A DNA stretch of 32,000 bases. Source: Aliivibrio fischeri. GTDB taxonomy: Bacteria > Pseudomonadota > Gammaproteobacteria > Enterobacterales > Vibrionaceae. Location: assembly GCF_009727955.1 (NCBI RefSeq), contig NZ_WOBR01000012.1, positions 30,570 to 62,569 on the forward strand, in the 5' to 3' direction. Each line of letters opens with the position of its first letter. The first letter of the stretch is position 1. A program made the translations under genes and the position numbers. Shown here one piece after another: positions 10,895 through 20,115 of the stretch. Below the pieces are notes generated by a model that saw only the letters and a list, made by a program, of their open reading frames with translations, was not told the origin of the DNA and searched no databases.

Positions 10895-11113
10895 TTGGAT
10901 CCTATGTTTCCTTTCTCATCGTCATAAAATGATTAAATGTCTGATTTTATATTTATTATAAGAGAACAGCACAGCTTTGCTGTCATTGACGGTATTTTCT
11001 TAAATTACTCGCAGACATATCACGAAATTACATAAATAAAGCACCGTATTAGAGCATTATTTCTCATTAATGACTCTAATTAGATACGATTTTTGATTAA
11101 TTCCCCTCAAAAG

Positions 11114-11142
11114 ATTGAAAAAAAGATTCCAGCCACCATTTA
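11114..11142 (+). promoter_or_regulatory. Candidate sigma-32 (heat-shock) promoter for hslR-hslO
   Basis: ATTGAA (11114-11119), a 14-bp spacer, then CACCATTTA (11134-11142). The classical sigma-32 consensus is CTTGAA - 13 to 17 bp - CCCCATNTA. It sits about 30 nt upstream of the hslR ATG. hslR/hslO are sigma-32 regulon members in E. coli. Confidence 0.45.
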
Positions 11143-11173
11143 AGAAGCAGAGATATGACATTAGGTAGACATC

Positions 11174-11575
11174 ATGAGTTCAAAATCAAACACTGCAGAG
11201 GGTGTAAGACTCGATAAATGGCTCTGGGCAGCTCGTTTTTACAAAACACGCTCAATTGCTCGCAACATGGTTGATGGCGGTAAAGTTCAATATAATGGAC
11301 AGCGCTCAAAACCAAGTAAAATTGTGGAAGTAGGCGCTGAAATAAAACTGCGCCAAGGAAACAATGAAGAGATCACGGTGATCATCGAGATCGTTTCCGA
11401 TCAACGCCGCGGAGCACCTATTGCACAAACTCTTTACAAAGAAACACAAGACAGCATTAAGCACCGTGAAGAAAATGCGCAATTACGCAAACTCAATTCA
11501 CTTGGTAGCCCACGACCTGATAAACGTCCGGATAAAAAACAACGACGCGATATCATGAAGTTTAAACACCAATAA
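11174..11575 (+). CDS. hslR: Ribosome-associated heat shock protein Hsp15 (S4-domain RNA-binding)
   Basis: 133 aa. RLDKWLWAARFYKTRSIARNMVDGGKVQYNGQRSKPSK is the Hsp15 S4 domain, and the C-terminal tail is basic. Confidence 0.9.
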   Translation: MSSKSNTAEGVRLDKWLWAARFYKTRSIARNMVDGGKVQYNGQRSKPSKIVEVGAEIKLRQGNNEEITVIIEIVSDQRRGAPIAQTLYKETQDSIKHREENAQLRKLNSLGSPRPDKRPDKKQRRDIMKFKHQ

Positions 11576-11667
11576 ATACGCTTTTCTGTCTCACACCTTA
11601 TTTATACTGGTTGTCTCCGCTATACTATGAGTAACGACAACCCTTAATACAATTGCTGGAGTATTTC

Positions 11668-12543
11668 ATGGCAAATAACACATTGCATCGTTACCTATTT
11701 GAAGATTTATCTGTTCGTGGTGAATTAGTTCAACTAGATGATGCTTACCAACAAATCATTTCTAGCAAGGAATACCCAAAACCAGTTCAAAATCTATTGG
11801 GTGAGCTATTAGTTGCAACAACACTATTAACGGCAACATTGAAATTTGAAGGTTCTATTACCCTTCAACTTCAAGGTGACGGTCCAGTTTCTCTTGCAGT
11901 AATTAACGGCGATAACAACCAAAAAGTACGTGGTGTTGCTCGTTTTGAAGGTGATATTGCAGAAGACGCAACCTTGCACCAACTAATGGGTCGCGGCTAC
12001 CTAGTTATCACTATCACACCAAAAGATGGTGAGCGTTACCAAGGTGTTGTTGCTCTTGAAGGTGAAAATCTAGCACAATGTTTTGAAGGTTACTTCGAGC
12101 GTTCTGAGCAGCTAAAAACTCGTCTATGGTTACGTCTAGGTGAATATGAAGGCAAACCTCACGCAGCAGGTATGTTACTGCAAGTAATGCCAGATGGTAC
12201 TGGTTCGGAAAATGACTTCGAACATTTAGAGCAACTAACAGACACCATTAAAAATGAAGAGCTGTTTGGTTTACCAGCTGAAGACGTACTTTACCGTCTA
12301 TATAACCAAGATAAAGTTCAACTGTTTGAACCTCAAGATGTTGAGTTCTTCTGTGGTTGTTCACGTGAACGCAGCGGTGGTGCAATCGTAACGATTGATC
12401 GCGCTGAAGTTGATGACATCATTAAAACAGAAGGGAAAATTTCTCTTCACTGTGACTACTGTGGCACAAGCTACGATTTCGACAGTATTGATGTTGCAAA
12501 CCTATTTGAACAAGCAACAAGCGGCAACGATACAGTACATTAA
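11668..12543 (+). CDS. hslO: Redox-regulated chaperone Hsp33
   Basis: [18 protein letters not shown] matches the Hsp33 N-terminus. C-terminal zinc centre CGCSRER...HCDYCG. Start trimmed from the TTG at 11653 to the ATG at 11668, which has GGAG 7 nt upstream. Confidence 0.92.
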   Translation: MANNTLHRYLFEDLSVRGELVQLDDAYQQIISSKEYPKPVQNLLGELLVATTLLTATLKFEGSITLQLQGDGPVSLAVINGDNNQKVRGVARFEGDIAEDATLHQLMGRGYLVITITPKDGERYQGVVALEGENLAQCFEGYFERSEQLKTRLWLRLGEYEGKPHAAGMLLQVMPDGTGSENDFEHLEQLTDTIKNEELFGLPAEDVLYRLYNQDKVQLFEPQDVEFFCGCSRERSGGAIVTIDRAEVDDIIKTEGKISLHCDYCGTSYDFDSIDVANLFEQATSGNDTVH

Positions 12544-12578
12544 TTTACTGCATAGAATAAGTTGCAAAACTGTTACAA

Positions 12579-12605
12579 AAGCCAGCCATTAGGTTGGCTT
12601 TTTTT
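12579..12605 (+). terminator. Rho-independent terminator after hslO
   Basis: AAGCCAGCC-atta-GGTTGGCTT (9 bp, one G-U pair) followed by a T-run. Confidence 0.75.
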
Positions 12606-12879
12606 ATAACTAAATTTGATATAAACCACACTTTTAATTCCACTTATCCACACTTAATTTTGATTAAATAATAATCAATTACATCTAGCGCAATCGATTT
12701 TATTAAGAGTAGAATAGAGCTATTGCTATTTTGTGATGGCGATAAAATAACCACTACCGCTTTATGGTTATTTTATGATTCATCTCCCTGTTTTCAATTT
12801 ACCGCGTTGTTAGCATGATTAGCAGAATACAAATAATTAGAAATATTAAAATCCCTACAAAATCCTCTAAGGAGCACCT

Positions 12880-14502
12880 ATGACTGTTATGGAACACAAG
12901 AAGGCTGCACTACTCGATCTAACTCAATATGGTCTTACTGGGGTTACAGATGTACTACGTAATCCAAGCTATGAGCAACTATTTGAAGAAGAGACACGTC
13001 CAGATTTAGAAGGTTATGAGCGTGGTGTAATGACAGAGCTTGGCTCAGTTGCGGTAGATACTGGTATATTTACTGGTCGTTCACCAAAAGATAAATACAT
13101 CGTAAAAGATGACACTACCAAAGATACGCTATGGTGGTCAGATCAAGGAAAGAACGACAACAAAGCCATCACGCCAGCAGTTTGGGATGATCTAAAGTCG
13201 CTAGTTACAACACAACTATCGGGTAAACGCTTATTTGTTATTGATGGTTTCTGTGGTGCCAACCCAGACACTCGTTTAAACGTTCGCATCATTACCGAAG
13301 TTGCATGGCAAGCACACTTTGTGAAAAACATGTTCATTCGTCCAACAGAAGCAGAACTTGAAAACTTCGAACCTGATTTCGTGGTAATGAATGGAGCAAA
13401 AGCCACTAACCCTAATTACGAAAAACACGGATTAAACTCTGAAAACTTTGTTGCTTTCAACCTAACAGAACGCGTTCAAATCATCGGTGGTACTTGGTAC
13501 GGCGGTGAAATGAAAAAAGGTATGTTCGCAATGATGAACTACCTACTTCCACTTAAAGGCATTGCTTCAATGCACTGTTCAGCTAACGTCGGTGAAAAAG
13601 GCGATGTTGCGGTATTCTTTGGTTTATCAGGAACAGGAAAAACCACACTTTCAACCGATCCTAAACGTCAACTTATTGGTGATGATGAGCACGGTTGGGA
13701 TGACGATGGTATCTTCAACTTTGAAGGTGGCTGTTACGCTAAAACCATTCGTCTTTCAAAAGAAGCTGAACCAGATATCTATAACGCAATCCGCCGTGAT
13801 GCGTTGTTAGAAAACGTTACTGTACGTAGCGACAGCTCTATTGATTTTAATGATGGTTCTAAAACAGAAAACACTCGTGTTTCTTACCCTATCTATCATA
13901 TCGATAACATCGTTAAACCAGTTTCAAAAGCTGGTCACGCTAAAAAAGTCATCTTCTTAACAGCGGATGCATTTGGTGTCCTACCACCGGTAGCGAAACT
14001 CACACCAGAACAAACTAAGTATCACTTCCTATCAGGTTTTACTGCAAAACTTGCAGGTACTGAACGTGGTATCACAGAGCCAACACCAACCTTCTCTGCT
14101 GCATTTGGTGCCGCGTTCTTAACGCTTCACCCAACACAATATGCAGAAGTACTGGTTAAACGTATGGAAGCTGCAGGTGCTGAAGCTTACATCGTAAACA
14201 CGGGTTGGAATGGCACAGGAAAACGTATTTCAATTCAAGATACACGTGGCATTATTGATGCGATTTTAGATGGTTCAATTGACCAAGCTAAAACCAAAAA
14301 TATCCCTGTATTTAACTTAGAAGTACCAACATCACTACCTGGTGTTGATGCCTCTATTCTTGACCCTCGTGACACCTATACTGACCCACTACAGTGGGAC
14401 AGCAAAGCGGAAGATTTAGCGCAACGCTTTATCAAAAACTTCGCTCAATACACAGATAACGAGGAAGGAAAAGCGTTAGTTAAAGCGGGTCCTCAGCTAT
14501 AA
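12880..14502 (+). CDS. pckA: Phosphoenolpyruvate carboxykinase (ATP)
   Basis: 540 aa with the kinase-1a motif [11 protein letters not shown], and it reads as ATP-type PckA along its length. AAGGAG Shine-Dalgarno lies 6 nt upstream. Confidence 0.95.
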   Translation: MTVMEHKKAALLDLTQYGLTGVTDVLRNPSYEQLFEEETRPDLEGYERGVMTELGSVAVDTGIFTGRSPKDKYIVKDDTTKDTLWWSDQGKNDNKAITPAVWDDLKSLVTTQLSGKRLFVIDGFCGANPDTRLNVRIITEVAWQAHFVKNMFIRPTEAELENFEPDFVVMNGAKATNPNYEKHGLNSENFVAFNLTERVQIIGGTWYGGEMKKGMFAMMNYLLPLKGIASMHCSANVGEKGDVAVFFGLSGTGKTTLSTDPKRQLIGDDEHGWDDDGIFNFEGGCYAKTIRLSKEAEPDIYNAIRRDALLENVTVRSDSSIDFNDGSKTENTRVSYPIYHIDNIVKPVSKAGHAKKVIFLTADAFGVLPPVAKLTPEQTKYHFLSGFTAKLAGTERGITEPTPTFSAAFGAAFLTLHPTQYAEVLVKRMEAAGAEAYIVNTGWNGTGKRISIQDTRGIIDAILDGSIDQAKTKNIPVFNLEVPTSLPGVDASILDPRDTYTDPLQWDSKAEDLAQRFIKNFAQYTDNEEGKALVKAGPQL

Positions 14503-14528
14503 CCTACGCCTGATTACTCATAAAAACC

Positions 14529-14561
14529 AAGCCCTTCTCTCCTTATGAGAAGGGCTTTTTT
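14529..14561 (+). terminator. Rho-independent terminator after pckA
   Basis: Perfect 11-bp stem AAGCCCTTCTC / GAGAAGGGCTT, 7-nt loop, then TTTTTT. Confidence 0.85.
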
Positions 14562-14684
14562 ATACCCTTAGCTCAAGAACGCAATAAAGACTGGAGATCA
14601 TAAGGATTATTGAACACGATCACTTGATTGAAAGGCGTTTTTACTCCACTCTTTCTATTCATCTTTCTTTTATTGGAGTTAACA

Positions 14685-16643
14685 ATGTACACCACACTGA
14701 AAAGCCTAGGCTGGCTTATCACTTTCTGTTTGCTGCTTGTGGTCGCATTCTTAGCCTTATTACATACTCCTTATGCACAACCCGTGCTTAACCCTTTCGT
14801 TCAAAAACTCTCTCATCAGAAGATTTCTTTTGGCGAACTGAATTATTCAATTCAATCACCGCTGCATTTAACTCTGTCAGATGTAAGTATTGAATCAGAA
14901 AAAAACATTAATATTCAGCAAGTTGATTTTTGGTTATCTCAACACCCTATTCAAAATAACAAATTGGCATTTGATAGTGTAAAAATCGACGGTATTAGCT
15001 TACAAACAGGATTACCTAACACACAACAACTGGATTGGCTTTCTATTTCACAACTGAGCATTTCCAATTTAGATTTTGCTGACGATGGATTAGTTATCCG
15101 TGAAGCACAAGTTCAAATCAGTAACTGGTCAATTGATAAAACCAAAACGCTGCCTTTCGAAGGTGAGTTCCAGTTTTCAACACAACAACTATATTGGCAA
15201 TCAGAAGCTCTAGATGATGTGCTCATTGATGGTTATTACTCACAAGATTACACCGCACTAGATGGCATATCACTCACTTGGCGTGGAAGTACCATTACAG
15301 CTCAAGCTGAATTAAAAGAAAATAAATTATGGGTTATCCCACAATTTACGCTACGTCGATTTAATTTAGAGTCAGATAATGCTGACATCATTGGAAAACC
15401 ATTACAGTGGCTATCAGAGCAACACTTTACGTATCAATTCAAGCGTATCGATTTATTAAATATCAATTTAGAATTGCCTCAGATAGTAACAAACGATCTC
15501 AGTCTATCTGCTGAAAATATTTTACTTCCTTACGATCTCTGGGAGCAAACTAACGCCAATATTTCCCTTAATGCTGACAGCATAGTGTGGAATGAAACCA
15601 TGATTGAAAAACCGATCATGGATGTCACCTTAAATAAAAAAGAAGCCAATATTGAAAACCTGTCTTTTGATATTTTTAATGGCAACATTCAGCTTTCAGG
15701 TGACTTATCACCTCATAAAATCAACCTAAAATCGTTAACGATTAGCCAGATAAGATGGTTAATTGATAACAAAGATACAGACTCAATCGTTGAATATATC
15801 AAGCAACTTGAGCAAGTTAAGATCGATAACGTCGACATCAACAATGTGCAAGTAATACAACCCGAAGGGAAATATCCATACCAAGTTTCAGGATTAAACG
15901 CCGAAGGTCATGACCTTGATTTATTAAAATATTATCAATGGGGATTATGGAATGGAAAACTCTCTTTAAGCGCTTCAAATGCCAGTTTTAATTATTTATT
16001 AACTCAACAGATGTTGATTGAGATGAATACTGAAAATGGACTTTGGACTGTTGAACGAGCACTTTTCCCATTAGCAGAAGGGCTATTTGGTTTTAGCGGC
16101 AGCCTAAATTTAACTCAAGATAGTCAGCCTTGGCAGGTAGAAGCGTACGGTGACGGTTTACCAATAAGCTATCTAACCAGTTTATTCCCTCATGCTGTTC
16201 CGCTAGATGGTATGGCTGAATTTACTTTTAATGGCAGCGGTCTTGCGGCCAATCGTGACAGCTTTAATTACAGTTTTAATGGTGATTTAAATATCATTCC
16301 AAGAGAAATGGTGACCACTCAAACAGCGAAAGAATTATGGCAATATAAATTAGGTTTGGTTCCTGATACAGAACAGCCAGATAATGAAGTAAAAGAACCA
16401 AAAACAAAACAGGCCTCTTACCCGATCCATGTTGAACCTATTCACATTTCAGCCAACCGTGGACGCATTACAATCAAACCGATCACCATTACCGGTGATG
16501 GCTTTAGTTATAACATTGAGGGTGATTACGACCTGGTTAATCCAGATAAAGCAGAAACGATTACGTCAATAACACAAGAATGCCATCAACTGGTTCAAAA
16601 ACTCTTTTCAGATACTGTGCAAATGATTAATTACTGCCAGTAA
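14685..16643 (+). CDS. AsmA-family-like inner-membrane-anchored periplasmic protein (function unknown)
   Basis: About 652 aa from the ATG at 14685 (GGAG 7 nt upstream; the ORF-track TTG at 14628 is probably spurious). One N-terminal TM (LGWLITFCLLLVVAFLALL) is followed by long beta-rich, Asn/Ser/Leu-alternating sequence. The C-terminus (ANRGRITIKPITITGDGFSYNIEGDYDL) resembles AsmA/AsmA_2. Family assignment is by eye only. Confidence 0.55.
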   Translation: MYTTLKSLGWLITFCLLLVVAFLALLHTPYAQPVLNPFVQKLSHQKISFGELNYSIQSPLHLTLSDVSIESEKNINIQQVDFWLSQHPIQNNKLAFDSVKIDGISLQTGLPNTQQLDWLSISQLSISNLDFADDGLVIREAQVQISNWSIDKTKTLPFEGEFQFSTQQLYWQSEALDDVLIDGYYSQDYTALDGISLTWRGSTITAQAELKENKLWVIPQFTLRRFNLESDNADIIGKPLQWLSEQHFTYQFKRIDLLNINLELPQIVTNDLSLSAENILLPYDLWEQTNANISLNADSIVWNETMIEKPIMDVTLNKKEANIENLSFDIFNGNIQLSGDLSPHKINLKSLTISQIRWLIDNKDTDSIVEYIKQLEQVKIDNVDINNVQVIQPEGKYPYQVSGLNAEGHDLDLLKYYQWGLWNGKLSLSASNASFNYLLTQQMLIEMNTENGLWTVERALFPLAEGLFGFSGSLNLTQDSQPWQVEAYGDGLPISYLTSLFPHAVPLDGMAEFTFNGSGLAANRDSFNYSFNGDLNIIPREMVTTQTAKELWQYKLGLVPDTEQPDNEVKEPKTKQASYPIHVEPIHISANRGRITIKPITITGDGFSYNIEGDYDLVNPDKAETITSITQECHQLVQKLFSDTVQMINYCQ

Positions 16644-16647
16644 ACCT

Positions 16648-16685
16648 AAAAAAACGCCCCGTAAATGATTTATGGGGCGTTTTTA
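16648..16685. terminator. Bidirectional rho-independent terminator between the AsmA-like gene and the EAL-HDOD gene
   Basis: AAAAAACGCCCCgtaaatgatttatGGGGCGTTTTTA: a GC-rich stem flanked by an A-run and a T-run, between convergent genes. Confidence 0.85.
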
Positions 16686-16707
16686 TTTGAACCAAGCATT
16701 GCAAAAA

Positions 16708-17925
16708 CTATTTAGATAAAATGCTTTGATACCACTTAACCGCTTCTTGATAGGTCGATTCAACGGTTTTTGCCGAGAACCCAAGTTGACGACTCAACTT
16801 ATCAATATTTTCCCAGTTACCGGTATCGATATTTTCATACAACTCTAACATCGAACCGAGTAAACCTTCTCGGATCAAAATGGCTTTTTCAATATCAGAA
16901 CTTAACGAAAGCTGCACCAATACATCATCTAGCTTCTTATCCAATAATGCATCAAGTAAAGAGAACAACCCAACAATAAACGCTTGCTGTCCTGGTGTTC
17001 CATTTTGACAACGATAAATCATCAACTCACAAAAACGGCCTTTCACTAACGATTGTTTATACAATTCTTTAGGCTTATTTATCGCCGCGTGTGCTGTCGC
17101 AATCAGAGTAACGAACATTTTTATCTGCTCTTCCCCTAAATACACTAACGCTTGCTTAAACGATGAAATTGGATTTTCTAATCGAACTGCTGCCGTATTT
17201 ACAAACTTCAACAACTGGTACGAAAGAGACACATCTTGAGAAATTAATTGTTCAATTCGAGTGAAGTCTACCTCTTCACGACACACCTCTTGAAAAAGTT
17301 GTACCGTTAACAGCTCTTCAGGTTTTACCACTCGATTTTTAATGATTTCAGGCTTACTAAAGAAATACCCTTGGAAGAAGTGAAAACCAACATCATATGC
17401 TTGCTGAAACTCTTCATTCGTTTCCACTCGCTCAGCAAGATAATGGCGCTTACAGCCTTGACGTTTGCGCTGTTTTACATAAGCGCATGCTCTCTCAAGA
17501 CCTAACTGCATAATATCTAATTTAACGATATGCGAATAAGGAAGGAATCGATCCCACTCAGGCTCTAAACTAAAGTCATCAAGCGCAATCACATAACCCA
17601 TTCGATGCAAATGCTTAATCGCACTAAATAGCTCATCGTTTGGAGTACAAGTTTCGAGTACTTCAATAACAATTTTCTTTTTAGGAAATGCAGTTGGAAC
17701 GAGAGAAATTAATGATTCTTGTGGAAAATTAATAAAACTACGAGGAGACTCTAAAGCTGGGTTGTTTCCCGTTGCCATAAAGTTTTCAACCAACAATCGA
17801 CACGTTGCTTGATTGGCTTCCATATCAGGAAACGCATTGCTTGCACCGTCGCGAAAAAGCAGTTCATATCCTATTGTCTGTTTTTTTCGATTAAGTATCG
17901 GTTGTCTGGCAACGTATGCATACAT
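16708..17925 (-). CDS. EAL domain + HDOD domain protein (c-di-GMP phosphodiesterase or sensor, YuxH/COG3434-like)
   Basis: 405 aa. EAL-domain signature residues are visible: QPIL, GYELLFR, FINF, IEVLET, LDDF, VKLD, AERVET, FQGYFFSKP. The C-terminal half looks HDOD-like (YQLLKFVNTAAVRLENPISSFKQALVYLGEEQI). Confidence 0.8.
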   Translation of the reverse strand: MYAYVARQPILNRKKQTIGYELLFRDGASNAFPDMEANQATCRLLVENFMATGNNPALESPRSFINFPQESLISLVPTAFPKKKIVIEVLETCTPNDELFSAIKHLHRMGYVIALDDFSLEPEWDRFLPYSHIVKLDIMQLGLERACAYVKQRKRQGCKRHYLAERVETNEEFQQAYDVGFHFFQGYFFSKPEIIKNRVVKPEELLTVQLFQEVCREEVDFTRIEQLISQDVSLSYQLLKFVNTAAVRLENPISSFKQALVYLGEEQIKMFVTLIATAHAAINKPKELYKQSLVKGRFCELMIYRCQNGTPGQQAFIVGLFSLLDALLDKKLDDVLVQLSLSSDIEKAILIREGLLGSMLELYENIDTGNWENIDKLSRQLGFSAKTVESTYQEAVKWYQSILSK

Positions 17926-18173
17926 AACTTTAAAGCGGTATCCTGTAAAAATATATCGGGATGATAAATGATTATATCGGCAATTTCTTTATGAACTTGA
18001 GATGTATCAACACATTCCTTAATGATTTGCAGGACATCTTAGTCGAAACACACAATAAAAAAAATGCTCTTGCTTAAGAAGTATGCAAGAACTTACCAAA
18101 ATATGATACGAAGTTAACTTATGTCATTATAATAACACCATTGATTTCACTTATTCGTTATTCAGAGAGCCCA

Positions 18174-19142
18174 ATGAAAGCAGCGACCTTTACTCAAGAA
18201 ACGCATTACCTTGAAACCATGAAAAACCAAGTAACTCCTTTTTGGGAGAAACGCCAACACGGTTTTTATCAAGGAGAGAAGGAAACACAACTTCATTGGG
18301 TAAGCTTTACAAGCCCAGCTCACACTAAAGCGATCATGGTCGTGAATGGTAGGATTGAAAGCGTCTATAAATACCAAGAGCTGTTTTATGATTTATTTTG
18401 CCAAGGCTATGATATTTATTCTTTTGATCACCGCGGCCAAGGTTTATCAGATCGTCTAACGGATAATAACGATATTGGCCATATTGAAAATTTTAATGAC
18501 TACGTTCTCGATTTAAATAGCTTAACTCAATCATTAATCACACCTGAACATTATCAAGATTGCTATTTGCTTGGTCATTCTATGGGAGGGGCGATTGCAA
18601 CTCAATACGTTGAAACTCACTCACACCCCTACACTGCATTAGCACTGAGTGCCCCAATGCATGGTATTCATATGCAACCTTGGTTAAAACCCATTGCAAA
18701 TCCAATTAGTCGCTACTTAAGCTTGTGGTCAAAACAGCCCTCTTATGCCTTAGGCCAAGCGCCATATCATGCAAAACCTTTTTTAGATAATACACTCACC
18801 ACCTGTGAAATTCGTTATCAATGGTTTAGAGAGCTTTATGACACCAAGCCTGAACTGCAAATTGGCGGTCCAAGCAATCACTGGGTAAATCAAGGATTAA
18901 AAGGGGCAAAAATGTGTATTGACCAAGCAAGTCTCTGCACACTTCCAACTCTATTACTTCAAGGTGAAAAAGACCAAATCGTTGATAATAATGCACATGT
19001 GAAATTTCAGAAAAAAGCACCAAATTGCCAACTGGTGACAATTCCTAATGCTAAGCATGAATTACTGTTTGAATCCGATGAATGTCGTAACCAAGCATTA
19101 ATCACCATTATTGATTTTTTCCAGCAACACGCTCACGTGTGA
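18174..19142 (+). CDS. pldB: Lysophospholipase L2 (alpha/beta hydrolase)
   Basis: VNGRIESVYKYQELFYDLFCQGYDIYSFDHRGQGLSDRL and the lipase motif GHSMGG parallel E. coli PldB. Followed by yigL, as in E. coli. Start trimmed to the ATG at 18174. Confidence 0.85.
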   Translation: MKAATFTQETHYLETMKNQVTPFWEKRQHGFYQGEKETQLHWVSFTSPAHTKAIMVVNGRIESVYKYQELFYDLFCQGYDIYSFDHRGQGLSDRLTDNNDIGHIENFNDYVLDLNSLTQSLITPEHYQDCYLLGHSMGGAIATQYVETHSHPYTALALSAPMHGIHMQPWLKPIANPISRYLSLWSKQPSYALGQAPYHAKPFLDNTLTTCEIRYQWFRELYDTKPELQIGGPSNHWVNQGLKGAKMCIDQASLCTLPTLLLQGEKDQIVDNNAHVKFQKKAPNCQLVTIPNAKHELLFESDECRNQALITIIDFFQQHAHV

Positions 19143-19155
19143 CTCTCTGCTAAAA

Positions 19156-19204
19156 AGTAAAAAGAGGAAAGATAAGAAGTGTAATCTTTACCCTCTTTTT
19201 TACT
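19156..19204 (+). terminator. Long terminator-like hairpin after pldB
   Basis: AGTAAAAAGAGG + AAAGAT ... ATCTTT + (2-nt bulge) CCTCTTTTTACT, about 18 bp of pairing. The T-run lies within the 3' arm, so this is not a textbook terminator. Confidence 0.5.
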
Positions 19205-19309
19205 TATAAAGTGACGTAAACTTAGCCTCATTAAACTGAATTCTAATTTTATACTGATGCCGTTAATTGAATGTTCTATTTACTCGCATCGGTATTATCA
19301 TGAGGCTTT

Positions 19310-20107
19310 ATGATTACCATTGTTGCATCGGATCTTGACGGTACCCTTCTTACACCAGAGCACAAAGTTGCTGACTTCACGAAAAAAACACTGAATAAAT
19401 TACACCAACAAAACTTAACCTTCATTTTTGCAACGGGTCGTCATCATATTGATGTTGGCAACATTCGTAGTGATGTTGGTATTCCTGCTTATATGATCAC
19501 CTCTAATGGTGCTCGAGTTCATGATGCTGATGATAATTTAATTTACAGCAAAAATGTTCCTGAAGAGTTAGTACCTCAAGTTATCGATCTATTAAAAAAT
19601 GATGACCAACTAACGATTCATATGTACTCAGATACGCAATGGTTCATTAATGCTGAAGATGAGAGCTTAAAAGAATTTCATGACAACGGCTTCACCTACA
19701 CAGTATTCGATGTAAATAACCCACCAGTAGACGATATTGCTAAAGTCTTTGTGACCATGCCTGAACACGAGTATTTAGTGCAATACGAAGAGCAATTAAA
19801 AGCACAGTTTGGCGATCAACTGATGGTGGCTTTCTCTACGCCTTGGTGTTTAGAGATTATGGCCTCTGAAGTATCAAAAGGAGCAGCTTTAGAGGCAGTA
19901 GCTAAGTTGCTTGGTAAGACATTAGAAAACTGCATCGCGTTTGGCGACGGCATGAATGACTACGAAATGTTGAGCATGGCAGGCAAAGGGATTGTGATGG
20001 GTACATCGCACGAAAAAGTAAAAAAAGCGCTACCAAATAATGAGGTGATTGGTTCTTCAGCTGACGAAGCTGTTGCTCATTACCTAGAGAATTTATTGCT
20101 TAAATAA
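19310..20107 (+). CDS. yigL: Cof-type HAD-IIB sugar/pyridoxal phosphatase
   Basis: 265 aa with HAD motif I DLDGTLL, motif III/IV (GDGMNDYEML) and a Cof-type cap. Adjacent to pldB, as in E. coli pldB-yigL. Confidence 0.8.
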   Translation: MITIVASDLDGTLLTPEHKVADFTKKTLNKLHQQNLTFIFATGRHHIDVGNIRSDVGIPAYMITSNGARVHDADDNLIYSKNVPEELVPQVIDLLKNDDQLTIHMYSDTQWFINAEDESLKEFHDNGFTYTVFDVNNPPVDDIAKVFVTMPEHEYLVQYEEQLKAQFGDQLMVAFSTPWCLEIMASEVSKGAALEAVAKLLGKTLENCIAFGDGMNDYEMLSMAGKGIVMGTSHEKVKKALPNNEVIGSSADEAVAHYLENLLLK

Positions 20108-20115
20108 GCTTTTTT

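Noticed and set aside
10937-11035. 32-aa ORF (MSDFIFIIREQHSFAVIDGIFLNYSQTYHEIT) in the gspC-hslR divergent region, and a 12-aa ORF near 12776 upstream of pckA
   Set aside because: No Shine-Dalgarno sequence and no recognisable peptide features. AT-rich intergenic DNA yields such ORFs by chance.
12688-12703. Cra (FruR)-like box GCGCAATCGATTTTAT upstream of pckA
   Set aside because: It matches the right half and the central AATCGATT palindrome of the Cra consensus (RSTGAAWCSNTHHW), but the critical TG of TGAA is replaced by GC. That is too weak to call without comparative data.
12732-12747. CRP half-site TGTGA upstream of pckA
   Set aside because: Only one half-site is present. The partner position six nt downstream reads TAAAA rather than TCACA.
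17926-18173. Possible c-di-GMP (GEMM-type) riboswitch in the leader of the EAL-HDOD gene
   Set aside because: I could not recognise the conserved GEMM helices or tetraloop-receptor features by eye. The region is AT-rich with only one convincing hairpin. A covariance-model scan (Rfam RF01051/RF01786) would be needed to settle it.
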